A stretch of DNA of 64,000 nt from Candidatus Heimdallarchaeota archaeon (lineage in GTDB: Archaea; Asgardarchaeota; Heimdallarchaeia; Hodarchaeales; Hodarchaeaceae), in the NCBI GenBank assembly GCA_011364965.1, contig RDOB01000001.1:64001-128000 (forward strand), read 5' to 3'. The number at the start of each line of letters is the position of its first letter. Position 1 is the first letter of the stretch. The notes below the pieces were generated by a model, which saw nothing but the letters and a program-made list of their open reading frames with translations, had not been told where the DNA came from and ran no database searches. The position numbers and the translations under genes were made by a program. Shown here in pieces: positions 1 to 9,273 of the stretch.

Positions 1-836
1 TCAAGATGCTGCCTTTTCAAGTAAGGTATAAACACAAATTGATAAAATATGTAAGCTATGCCTAAAATAACTACTAAAAAAGTCAACATTAAGTTAAATT
101 GATTTGAACCCGATTCGATGAACATCTGTAAAGCAGTAGGGTCATCTATTATATGATTGATATCGCCTGGACTTAAATTAGAACCTAACCATGCATAAAA
201 AACACATCGAATAAGTGATCCCAATAAAGTAGCAAAAAAATAAGGTTTAAACTTAATCTTAAGAAAACCAGAAGCATAAGAGATTGGATCGAATGCCATG
301 AAGGGAAAAGCTCGAGCAAAAATGATTACACCTGTACCATACTTTTTAATATAAGAATCAATCAATTCTAAAGTGTCCTGACCTAAGAACTTTTCAATCA
401 TTGGCCTTCCTCCTAGTATAGCAATATAATATGTAATAACTCCTGCTACCATGGATCCTATTATACCTAATATTGCTCCTCCATAAACTCCCCAAACTAG
501 TCCAGATGTTAATAAAACTAATTCAGAAGGAATAGGTATCAAAATTCCCTGGATTCCCATGAAAATTATGAATATAATCCAACCCCAATAATCAAGATTT
601 ATGATTGGGATCACAAACCAACGGATCACTTTATCAAAAAGCCAAGTTTCATCTTGCTGCTGAATAATAAGGATAATCCCGCTAAGAATTGCTATAAGAA
701 AGAATATAAGAATCCAAATCCATGTGATTCGATCATGTCCTGAAAAAGTTCTTTTTACGGAATCTATAATCCACACTTTAATTTGAGATAGAAAACTAGA
801 ATCATCAGTGGAACTGGAATCATCTTTCGCAGACAT
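1..836 (-). CDS. DedA/VTT (TVP38/TMEM64-like) membrane protein, 3' end runs off window
   Basis: Manual translation from ATG at 836: MSAKDDSS...GIQGILIPIPSELVLLTSGLVWG...GGRPMIEKF...FARAFPFMAFDPISYASG, typical SNARE-associated/VTT motifs; no stop before position 1. Confidence 0.85.
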   Translation of the reverse strand, partial: MSAKDDSSSTDDSSFLSQIKVWIIDSVKRTFSGHDRITWIWILIFFLIAILSGIILIIQQQDETWLFDKVIRWFVIPIINLDYWGWIIFIIFMGIQGILIPIPSELVLLTSGLVWGVYGGAILGIIGSMVAGVITYYIAILGGRPMIEKFLGQDTLELIDSYIKKYGTGVIIFARAFPFMAFDPISYASGFLKIKFKPYFFATLLGSLIRCVFYAWLGSNLSPGDINHIIDDPTALQMFIESGSNQFNLMLTFLVVILGIAYIFYQFVFIPYLKRQHL

Positions 837-881
837 AATTCTGTTTCCTATTAGATAGGAGTATACTATAACAAATGAAAT

Positions 882-1268
882 CTAAATTAATATAGCATCA
901 ACCGTTCCATGCTGACCCGGACGACTTGTTACCCTCGCTTCTCCCCTTTTGGTTCGGATTATTGCACCTTTAGTTATTATTTTTCTTCTGGCAAAATCAC
1001 GGTTTGCTGAATTGTCAATTACATCTTCAATTTCTACTTTCTCGGTTTTCTTGCCGCTATCATGTGAAAGATTTGCAAATGAACCTAGTTGAAGACGGAT
1101 TTTCCGATTTCCACCTCTTGTTCGAATTATCTTTTTGCGAACTCCTCCTTCGCTAGCAAGAAGTGTTTGGGCTGCAGGCCTTGCTAAATCACGTTTTTTC
1201 TTTTTAACAGCAATATGATAACGCCCACCACTTGGTTTTCTTTTTGATCTTCTCTGTGACCTTGCCAA
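882..1268 (-). CDS. rps8e: 30S ribosomal protein S8e
   Basis: RSKRKPSGGR, RTRGGNRK and VTSRPGQHG motifs; true start probably TTG at 1268 (MARSQRR) rather than 1334. Confidence 0.95.
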   Translation of the reverse strand: MARSQRRSKRKPSGGRYHIAVKKKKRDLARPAAQTLLASEGGVRKKIIRTRGGNRKIRLQLGSFANLSHDSGKKTEKVEIEDVIDNSANRDFARRKIITKGAIIRTKRGEARVTSRPGQHGTVDAILI

Positions 1269-1363
1269 TAGTGTTTCCTCTCTTTTTCTTTTATATACAA
1301 AAGCTGGAATCTTAATTTCTTTGATATCTACCATTTAAAAGGTTATAATCTTGATTTTAAATA

Positions 1364-1687
1364 TCAGTCTCTTTTCCCACTAGGTAATTTTTTCCGACCA
1401 AACTGGGATTTTCTGCCCCCTTTTTTCTTATCATATTGAGGATCTGAAAATAGAGTTGTTTCTTCATTTAAATGAGAGATTTTGTCTTTTCTAGCTGAAA
1501 TAACAAGCCAAGGGTTTTTCGTTGAACCTATAACCTCAATAATCTCACCAATCTTGATATATTTACCTTTTTCTTGTATCAGAGCTGATGAACCTATTTT
1601 AGGAAGGTTTTCACCTATCAACTGCACAACTATCTTCCCTTGGGTAATGATTGGGGATCTTCCAATAATAGGATGTGAATTTGACAT
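1364..1687 (-). CDS. gar1: H/ACA RNP subunit Gar1/Naf1
   Basis: LPKIGS...KIGEIIEVIGSTKNPW matches the Gar1 core; basic G/R/K tail. Confidence 0.75.
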   Translation of the reverse strand: MSNSHPIIGRSPIITQGKIVVQLIGENLPKIGSSALIQEKGKYIKIGEIIEVIGSTKNPWLVISARKDKISHLNEETTLFSDPQYDKKKGGRKSQFGRKKLPSGKRD

Positions 1688-1775
1688 AAACTAGGAATTT
1701 TTTTTTACATATAAAAATAATGTGATTTATACGAGAACTTTTGAAACCTGAAGAAATTATTTAAGTTGTGATAAA

Positions 1776-2996
1776 ATGTTGACATATGATGTCATTATTA
1801 TTGGTGGGGGCCCTGCAGGTTTATCAGCTGCAAACACTACATCTAAATCAGGACTTAATACTATAGTTTTAGAAGAACACGGAAAAATTGGGGAACCTTT
1901 GGCATGCGGAGAAGGTATATCAATTGATAAGATTTCTACCTTAGAAAATATGCCAAATCCTGAGTTTCAACTAGATGATAATGCATTACAGCTTCAGCAA
2001 CACCATAGTTTCGTAGAAAGGATAGTTAGAGCTCAAAGATTCTTTTTTGGTAACACTGGTGTTGCCACTTCAAGCTTAAATACCGTAACCATAAACCGAC
2101 CCCTATTTGATCAACTTATGGCCAAAAATGCAGAGAAAAATGGAGCTCTAATCAAATTAAATACCGCTGTAAAAGGAATCCACCGTAATCAAGGCAAATT
2201 AGAATTAATAACCACACAAGGTAATTTCCAATCAAAAATTGTTATTGGTTGCGATGGTCCTGCTTCGCACTCTGTTAGGATGATGGGACTATCTCCTCCC
2301 TCTAAATATGTACAAGCTGTGGAATACAAAATCGATGGTGTTTTCACTGATGCACTCGATTTTTATTTTAATTTCAATATTCTAAAAATGCATTATGGTT
2401 GGGTATTCCCTAAGAAAGTACACACGAATGTGGGGGTCGTTGTTGATCCGGCCTCTAGTCCAATGAAAATATTAAATTTATTTACTGATTATTTAGAAAA
2501 TAAAGATATCAAAAATGCAAAAATCGTAAGAAAAATAGCTGGCATTATCCCTGCTGGAGGCCCAATCCCAAAATACTATACCGATAATTTTATGGCTGCG
2601 GGAGATGCTGCGGGGATGACAAACTCGATTTTTTATGGTGGAATAGCAATAAGCATCCATTCTGCTGCTTTAGCAGCCCAAATTGCTAAAGATGCATATG
2701 AGACAAACGATTTTAGCGCCAATTTCCTAAAGCAATATGCAGAATTATGTCAGCAGTTTCCTTACACCAATCCGATTATACAGCAAGCTCATGAAATATT
2801 ATATGATTATTTTACTGCAGAAGATCTTGATACTCTTGGAAAATGGTTCAATGGCTGGGATATTACTGAGTTTAGTAAAATGCAAAAAATAAAAATATTT
2901 CTTAAAGCTATGACGAAACCTAAATTATTGAGGAAATTTAATAATGCCAAGACACTTGCACATGGTTTTAGCACGAGTAGGGATTGGGGATTCTGA
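1776..2996 (+). CDS. Geranylgeranyl reductase family FAD-dependent oxidoreductase
   Basis: GGGPAG FAD motif, CGEG, YGWVFPK, GDAAG. Confidence 0.9.
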   Translation: MLTYDVIIIGGGPAGLSAANTTSKSGLNTIVLEEHGKIGEPLACGEGISIDKISTLENMPNPEFQLDDNALQLQQHHSFVERIVRAQRFFFGNTGVATSSLNTVTINRPLFDQLMAKNAEKNGALIKLNTAVKGIHRNQGKLELITTQGNFQSKIVIGCDGPASHSVRMMGLSPPSKYVQAVEYKIDGVFTDALDFYFNFNILKMHYGWVFPKKVHTNVGVVVDPASSPMKILNLFTDYLENKDIKNAKIVRKIAGIIPAGGPIPKYYTDNFMAAGDAAGMTNSIFYGGIAISIHSAALAAQIAKDAYETNDFSANFLKQYAELCQQFPYTNPIIQQAHEILYDYFTAEDLDTLGKWFNGWDITEFSKMQKIKIFLKAMTKPKLLRKFNNAKTLAHGFSTSRDWGF

Positions 2997-3149
2997 CTAA
3001 ATTTCTCAATTTGTGAAATCAAAAGATATTTGTCTGTTTCTTAATTTACATAGAGCTAAGTCAAGATTTAAGTAGATAACACGAGTGTACTTTTTTACGT
3101 TAGAATTACCCGTATTTCAACTAAAACCAAAAACTAAGGATTGACATAA

Positions 3150-3296
3150 ATGAGAAGCAATGCAAAAGCGTTTATTGTCTTAGGACTAGGGATTATTTGT
3201 TTAGCAATCGCTTTATCACCTGAAGAAGTTACGAGATTTATGAATATGATAATTGATTTTACTAAAAGTGCAAAAGCAGGAATTCCAAGTCCTTAG
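3150..3296 (+). CDS. Small 48-aa single-TM protein abutting the 4Fe-4S membrane protein gene
   Basis: MRSNAKAFIVLGLGIICLAIALSPEEVTRFMNMIIDFTKSAKAGIPSP*; stop TAG 3294-3296 immediately followed by GTG 3297. Confidence 0.65.
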   Translation: MRSNAKAFIVLGLGIICLAIALSPEEVTRFMNMIIDFTKSAKAGIPSP

Positions 3297-4217
3297 GTGA
3301 CCACAATGGCATGGCATAAAAAACCCAAGACAAACATAACCAAACTTCGTATATTAAGAATCTTTGTTCAACTAATCATGTTCTTCTTACTAAACCTTGG
3401 TTTTTTTTCAATCGGAGCAACTTGGCTAGTATTGCCAATCAACTACCCTAAATCCCTATATTCATCTTCTGAAGACGCGTTTTTCTTATTACAACGCATG
3501 TTGACTGATTCAATCGTACCATTAATTCCTCTGGCGTCTTTTTTCATCATTGGCTCCGTTTTTGGGCGTCTTTTCTGCGCATGGGGTTGCCCATTTGGAC
3601 TGTTTCAAGATTTGATTGGTGTATTAACATCTCGAATTAAAAAGTACGAACCAACAAGCGAAACTAACAATAGCTTACGTCAAATTGGAGAATTTATAAC
3701 AGGAGCAACTATAATAGTATCCACATTTATTGGAATATCCCTTAGTCTTCAAAACGCTTCTGTGGTTGAAAATGCATTTGGGATATTTATTGATCAACCA
3801 TGGGCAGTTCTTAGTCCTTCTGTGTTCTTATTCACAGTAATTCCATTGCTTTTTTGGTGGGGAGGAATTGAGAATTTCTTTATTTGGGAGAAGTTCGTTT
3901 TAATAGATTTAGTTTTCTGGATTAGATTGCTAATTTTCATATTTGCAATTATATTGGTCATTTATATACCGAAAGGCTGGTGTAGATGGTTTTGTCCAGC
4001 TGGGATAATAATGGGACAGATTGGCAAGCATTCCATCCTAGGATTGGGAAGAAACATCTCAAAGTGCACACATTGTGGGCTATGTGAAGATGTGTGTCCA
4101 ATGGGTGTCAAGATATTAAGCCATAAACCAGAGAAAATCCGAAGTGAACTTTGTACTAATTGTTTGGACTGTATGGCAGTTTGTCCTGAAAACGCGTTAG
4201 AATTAAAATTTCTTTAA
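3297..4217 (+). CDS. NapH/MauN-like membrane polyferredoxin (4Fe-4S binding)
   Basis: GRLFCAWGCPFG and WCRWFCPAG (Cx3CP) motifs plus two CxxCxxCxxxCP motifs; TM helices. Confidence 0.9.
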   Translation: MTTMAWHKKPKTNITKLRILRIFVQLIMFFLLNLGFFSIGATWLVLPINYPKSLYSSSEDAFFLLQRMLTDSIVPLIPLASFFIIGSVFGRLFCAWGCPFGLFQDLIGVLTSRIKKYEPTSETNNSLRQIGEFITGATIIVSTFIGISLSLQNASVVENAFGIFIDQPWAVLSPSVFLFTVIPLLFWWGGIENFFIWEKFVLIDLVFWIRLLIFIFAIILVIYIPKGWCRWFCPAGIIMGQIGKHSILGLGRNISKCTHCGLCEDVCPMGVKILSHKPEKIRSELCTNCLDCMAVCPENALELKFL

Positions 4218-4234
4218 GGAAAAAAATTAATAGA

Positions 4235-4459
4235 TTATTCCCACCGTAACCTATCTATTTCCCGATCTTTTTTTAATTTTTTCTTTATTTTTCGATAATG
4301 ATCTGAACATAAATGAATTCTTTGTACTTTATCACGGATATCAAGGCTCAATCCAGCCTCTTTAATCGCAGCACCCGCTTTCTCCCGTGAAACAGTTTTT
4401 TTACTTTCATTCCCACAATTTTCAATATTACAGGATTTCTTCGATGACATTTCCTTCAC
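4235..4459 (-). CDS. Small basic putative Zn-binding protein
   Basis: Cx4C ... LCxxHY, Lys-rich tail; co-oriented 12 bp downstream of the KaiC-like gene. Confidence 0.65.
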   Translation of the reverse strand: MKEMSSKKSCNIENCGNESKKTVSREKAGAAIKEAGLSLDIRDKVQRIHLCSDHYRKIKKKLKKDREIDRLRWE

Positions 4460-4471
4460 ACAGAATAGTTA

Positions 4472-5221
4472 TTATCCTAAAGGAGTTAATTCAATATGAC
4501 CAGGAGTTGGTTGGAAAGCAAAATCTGTATTTTCAACCTCTGAGAGGGTCATCCCTGGTACTTTAAGTATTTGTAATGCCGATGATGGTTCTTTATCATG
4601 CTCTTTCAAAGTACTGAGTCGAAGAACGCCATCACAATAATGTTCAACTGCTTTTACAATTTGGGGTTCGTGTACATCTCTGTGTATCGTGAGTAAACTA
4701 ACAATACCCATTTCTTTATCAGTTGCTATTTTATGTTGAAGAAAGGCCATTGGTGCTTTTAAAGTATCTGATACTAGAAGAATAGTCGTTAATGAGTCTA
4801 GTACACCTCGTACTGATTGGGAACGGACATGTAGAAGTGATCTACGTATCTGGTCTGTAACTAAACGAGGTTGAGTTATATCGCGTATAATATTTTCTCC
4901 TGTGGCAACAGGTCGGCCTTCGGAATAACCAAAGGGATTTGAAAACGCATCAAGAAAAACTAGTCTTTTCGTTTCAAAAGTAACTTCTGAAATGCTGTAG
5001 GGGACAAATAATGGAGAATAATGAGAGAAGAGATGCTCTGTAGATAAGATATACCCATATTCTCCAGTTCTCAACCCTTCTGATAAAAATTGCACAAGAA
5101 TGTGTTCAGTATTTATCCCGACTTCATCTTCAACAAGAATTATACTCCCTCGTGGAACTCCACCACCTAATGCATCATCTAAGAGAGGAATTCCGAATCT
5201 AGCTCGATCATCCATGGACAT
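4472..5221 (-). CDS. KaiC/RAD55-like RecA-fold protein with degenerate Walker A
   Basis: GIPLLDDALGGGVPRGS N-terminus, VLDSLT Walker B; P-loop reads EDEVGINTE. Confidence 0.85.
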   Translation of the reverse strand: MSMDDRARFGIPLLDDALGGGVPRGSIILVEDEVGINTEHILVQFLSEGLRTGEYGYILSTEHLFSHYSPLFVPYSISEVTFETKRLVFLDAFSNPFGYSEGRPVATGENIIRDITQPRLVTDQIRRSLLHVRSQSVRGVLDSLTTILLVSDTLKAPMAFLQHKIATDKEMGIVSLLTIHRDVHEPQIVKAVEHYCDGVLRLSTLKEHDKEPSSALQILKVPGMTLSEVENTDFAFQPTPGHIELTPLG

Positions 5222-5548
5222 ATTAGTTTCTCCGTTTAAATAAATTAAGATATAATTTAAAGGAATATTACTTAAAAATATTTTATTTCATTTGATTCAA
5301 GTTTCTTCTGTTTGAAGGAATTATGAAATTCCTACAATTTGATAAACTATCTATCAAAGCTTAAAAAATTGCCTATTAACGTGTGACTCTTAATTAGATC
5401 AGAATGAAAAAAAAGGCTTCTATACTAATATATGATTAAAAAAAAATAGATTTCTGGGTATTAAATACAACTAAAAGATGCTGATAAAAAGTTACTAATC
5501 CCTATGAAAAATGTAATTTATAAAATTCTGTAGTTGAAGGACATTTAG

Positions 5549-6343
5549 ATGAAAATTGAATTCTTTGGGATCAAAACTCCGCTCATTGACAATCCTGATA
5601 GCAAGTTCATTCATATTTTTCAAGATAATTTATTCAAAGCAAATTTGAACCTTCTAGATGGCGATATTGTTATCGTTGCCTCCAAATTAATCTCTATTTT
5701 AGAGAAATGCCAAATTTCCCTTGATGATATAAAAAATATCCGCGATGAAGCAAAAAAGACTGCTGTTACAAGCAATCTTGATCCAAAATTTGTTGAAATC
5801 GTCTATCGTGAAGCTGATGAGGTATTAGGAGCAGTTCCAGGTGCTGTTCTCACATTAAAAAATGGAACTTTACATGCTAATTCTGGAGTTGATAGTAGTA
5901 ATTCTGGGGGGAAAAATTATTTGATAACATTACCGAAGGATCCATTTGGAACTGCAGAGCGAATAAGAAGGGAGATTTTTATAAAAACAAAAAAGAAAGT
6001 CGGAGTGATTATTGCGGATTCCAAAACTCAACCTTTAAGGCGAGGAACGTCGGGATTTGCTCTGGGTGTAGCGGGGTTCATTCCAGTTATTGATGATCGA
6101 GGAAAATTAGACCTTTATGGTCGTAAAATGGTTGTTACTACCCGAGCAATTGCTGATAATCTTGTATGTGCAGCAGAAATCTTAATGGGTGAAACGGATC
6201 AAAAAATTCCTATTGTAATTGCTAGAGGGTGCTTAGATATAATTTTCGAAAACTTTTCAGATCCTACCGCAGTGGATAGGCTAATGAAAATGGATCCTGA
6301 ACATTGTATTTATATTGGTCCACTATGGGTTAATAAGCGTTAA
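5549..6343 (+). CDS. cofE: CofE-family gamma-glutamyl ligase (F420-0:glutamate ligase or FolC2)
   Basis: ASKLIS, ANSGVDSSN, GVIIADS, PLRRG, GKLDLYGR, ILMGE motifs. Confidence 0.85.
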   Translation: MKIEFFGIKTPLIDNPDSKFIHIFQDNLFKANLNLLDGDIVIVASKLISILEKCQISLDDIKNIRDEAKKTAVTSNLDPKFVEIVYREADEVLGAVPGAVLTLKNGTLHANSGVDSSNSGGKNYLITLPKDPFGTAERIRREIFIKTKKKVGVIIADSKTQPLRRGTSGFALGVAGFIPVIDDRGKLDLYGRKMVVTTRAIADNLVCAAEILMGETDQKIPIVIARGCLDIIFENFSDPTAVDRLMKMDPEHCIYIGPLWVNKR

Positions 6344-6365
6344 AAATTACAGGAAAAACGAATAA

Positions 6366-7226
6366 ATGGTTATCACATCTGAGTTGGCAGGAATAAAGAT
6401 TGGAGATACATATCCCACTAGGATTATGGCTATCATTAATCTCTCGCCGACCTCTTACTATAAAAACAGCATTAAATCTTCAAAAGATGAAATAATAGAA
6501 CAAATTGAAATGATAGAACATGCGAAAGTAGATTTCATTGATGTAGGAGCAATTTCAAGTGCTCCCAGTTTTCTATATGGAAATCAGGAAAAATTAACTA
6601 TCAAAGAGGAGATTTCGCGCTTAACAGTATTTTTTGCAGCTAATGATGAAGTTAATTCAGATATTCCTGTGTCAATAGACACAGGTTCAGCAAAAACAGC
6701 TGAATATGCGCTTTCAAAAGGTGCCAGTGTCATTAATGACATAACAGGGTTTAAATCAGATCCTAATCTTGCTAAAGTTATTTCAAACTGGAATGCTGGG
6801 GCTGTTATTATGGCATGTAGAAATACCCCTGGTGATGTATACACTATTGAAACTATATGTCATGAACTCGGGAGAAGCATAAAATTGGGAAGAGAAGCTG
6901 GAATCAAGGAATCAAAGATGATTATAGACCCAGGGCTAGGAGGTTGGACAAATGAGAGAAAATCAATTCATGATTATACGATAATTGCCAAATTACCTGA
7001 TATACGTCATTTGAAAAAACCAATTCTTGTTGGAATTTCTAGAAAATCATTTATTGGTAAGATATTAGAAAAAGCACCTGAAGAAAGGTTATGGGGCTCA
7101 TTGGCAGCAACAACAGCAGCAATATTAAATGGAGCTCATGTCATACGTACCCATGACCCTATGGAAACTAAAGATTGTGCTATTATATCTAAATATATTG
7201 CAAAATTAGGTAGGAATCTAGATTAA
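6366..7226 (+). CDS. folP: Dihydropteroate synthase
   Basis: IMAIINLSP, IDVG, SIDT, INDITG, DPG, GISRKSF, IRTHD. Confidence 0.93.
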   Translation: MVITSELAGIKIGDTYPTRIMAIINLSPTSYYKNSIKSSKDEIIEQIEMIEHAKVDFIDVGAISSAPSFLYGNQEKLTIKEEISRLTVFFAANDEVNSDIPVSIDTGSAKTAEYALSKGASVINDITGFKSDPNLAKVISNWNAGAVIMACRNTPGDVYTIETICHELGRSIKLGREAGIKESKMIIDPGLGGWTNERKSIHDYTIIAKLPDIRHLKKPILVGISRKSFIGKILEKAPEERLWGSLAATTAAILNGAHVIRTHDPMETKDCAIISKYIAKLGRNLD

Positions 7227-7574
7227 AATCCTATAAGGTTCAATTTAAACAACTATTAGAACAGGAGATTTTTGATTAGCTGAAAGGGTTCCTAACTTCA
7301 AATAATTACATTATTAAGTAAAAACTCAAATTCATTCAAATAACTCGGATAAATTCTCTATACACGACCAAGGGTAAGATGTAAGTAGAAGTTTATTAAC
7401 GAAACTTCTTAAACCTTGGATTCTTATTGGTTATATAGAAGAGTAATATAATTGTAAGAACCCTGTAATCTAAATTATGGAATCTTAAAGGTAAAAATAA
7501 ATAGAGAGATCAGTACCAATTCATCTCTCACTCTTTAGTTGAACTAAATAATTCGTGTATTGAAGGTTATTTTA

Positions 7575-8177
7575 ATGGCAAATTTAGATGATTTCTTTAG
7601 TGACGATCAGTCCCGAAATGTTGATTCATTGATAGAGGTTACAAAAAAATTCTTTATTTTTGTTTCTCAACTCGCTGAAATTGTAGATGATCTAGAAAGG
7701 AAATATTCACTTTTGAATGGGAGAATCGATGATCTTCTTCAAAAATCGATGTCACCCCCCAGACAACCGCAAATTAACCCTCCAACAGTAAGTACCCCCG
7801 CTCAACCAGTAACAACTCCAACAGCGCCTCCAGCTCCGTCTTCTTTTCCAACTCCGCCTGGATTACCAACACCACCTAGTACAGTTCAACCTGCACCTAT
7901 TCAAGCTACTACACCTCCACCTGCCCCTTCTAACCTTCCTCCATTACCTGGACAGAGTCCCCCATCTAGTCCTTCAATTTTTGGGCAACCTCCACCCCCG
8001 CCAACATTCGGTCAGCAGAACCTACCCTCATCGGGAGGATTAGCTCCTAGTCCAACTGCTGGCCTTGGTCCAAACGCTCCAGCACCTACAGCATCTCCTA
8101 TGAGTTTAAAAGCTCAAATGAACATGGAACTCAAGGAAGCATTTGCTAGAATTCGGAAAGGATGGGATGAGGATTAG
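7575..8177 (+). CDS. Coiled-coil + polyproline protein with C-terminal amphipathic helix and acidic Trp tail (WASP/WAVE-like architecture)
   Basis: N-terminal heptad region, ~115-aa Pro-rich core (PPPPP, LPPLP), ends MELKEAFARIRKGWDED; start ATG 7575 (track gives TTG 7560). Confidence 0.8.
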   Translation: MANLDDFFSDDQSRNVDSLIEVTKKFFIFVSQLAEIVDDLERKYSLLNGRIDDLLQKSMSPPRQPQINPPTVSTPAQPVTTPTAPPAPSSFPTPPGLPTPPSTVQPAPIQATTPPPAPSNLPPLPGQSPPSSPSIFGQPPPPPTFGQQNLPSSGGLAPSPTAGLGPNAPAPTASPMSLKAQMNMELKEAFARIRKGWDED

Positions 8178-8202
8178 TTATAGATTTAATCTACTTCTAT
8201 TC

Positions 8203-9144
8203 TTATTTATAAAGCAGATTTCCAAGATCTCTGAGCTTTTGGATGCCCCGAACTTCAAATTCAAATAATGGAATTTCCTTTAGATTAAAGTCAGAATATA
8301 ACTCCTTGATTTTTTTTAAATTCTCCTGATGATTATTAAACCGAGTATGACAGTATGGACACCCTGAACTTTCAGGTTGCACTTGATTAACAAAAATTTG
8401 ATTTATGGGAAATTGAACTTCATATAATGCTCTAATTAAACGCTCTGTCTCCCATATAGCCATGATATTGGGAATAGTAACAGCTATAAACTCTGTTTCA
8501 GTAGGATTAGCTAAATGAACACGCGCAATTTCGACTTGTTCTTTTAACTCTTCGAGTTTGTCAAATGCTTCATCCTCGCTTGGAATGCCAGTACCTCCAA
8601 GGAAAGTTTTCAAACCACTCATCATACCTCCGAGTTTTCTTCTCATTTTTATCATACGAAAGAGCCAACCTTCAGTAATTTCAGGTAGTTGAAGAAGTTT
8701 AAGTGTATGTCCTGTTGGAGCTGTATCAAAAATAACTAATTCAAATTCAGGGTTTTGTATGAATTCCAAAATCTGAATGAAAGCTACAGTCTCATCAGCG
8801 CCTGGTGGTGATAGAGACGTAGGATCAAGTTCTCCTAAGAAGTCAGATAAAGCCCCAGTTGGATCTTGTGTTTTCACAATGTCAGAATAGTTTTTGATAG
8901 CTTCATCTGTGTTTAATTCAATAGCAGATAACTTAGAAACATTGTTAACATGAGTATAACTATCTCCACCTATCTGTTGATCGAGACTATCCGAAACTGA
9001 ATGTGCAGGATCAGTAGATACCAGAAGTGTCTGTATTCCAAGATCTGCAGCGTATATAGCAGTAGCAGTGGCCATAGTAGTTTTTCCAACCCCGCCTTTT
9101 CCACCAAAGAATAAAAAGTGTTTATCAAAAATCAAATTATTCAT
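8203..9144 (-). CDS. GET3/TRC40/ArsA-family ATPase
   Basis: GKGGVGKTT, STDPAHS, DTAPTGH; single ATPase domain, Met-rich insert and CPYC motif. Confidence 0.92.
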   Translation of the reverse strand: MNNLIFDKHFLFFGGKGGVGKTTMATATAIYAADLGIQTLLVSTDPAHSVSDSLDQQIGGDSYTHVNNVSKLSAIELNTDEAIKNYSDIVKTQDPTGALSDFLGELDPTSLSPPGADETVAFIQILEFIQNPEFELVIFDTAPTGHTLKLLQLPEITEGWLFRMIKMRRKLGGMMSGLKTFLGGTGIPSEDEAFDKLEELKEQVEIARVHLANPTETEFIAVTIPNIMAIWETERLIRALYEVQFPINQIFVNQVQPESSGCPYCHTRFNNHQENLKKIKELYSDFNLKEIPLFEFEVRGIQKLRDLGNLLYK

Positions 9145-9273
9145 ATTTTCCCGAGAAGTAATTATGAAGATGAATCTTTTGGAATCTGCGAGGTAGAAAA
9201 TTTTGATAATAAATAAGAATCTTTAACAAGATTTGCGAAGGGGGGTGAAACATACTTCATTGGTGACTTATTC

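Noticed and set aside
8203-9144. Arsenite efflux ArsA
   Set aside because: Single domain with GET3 features and no ars operon
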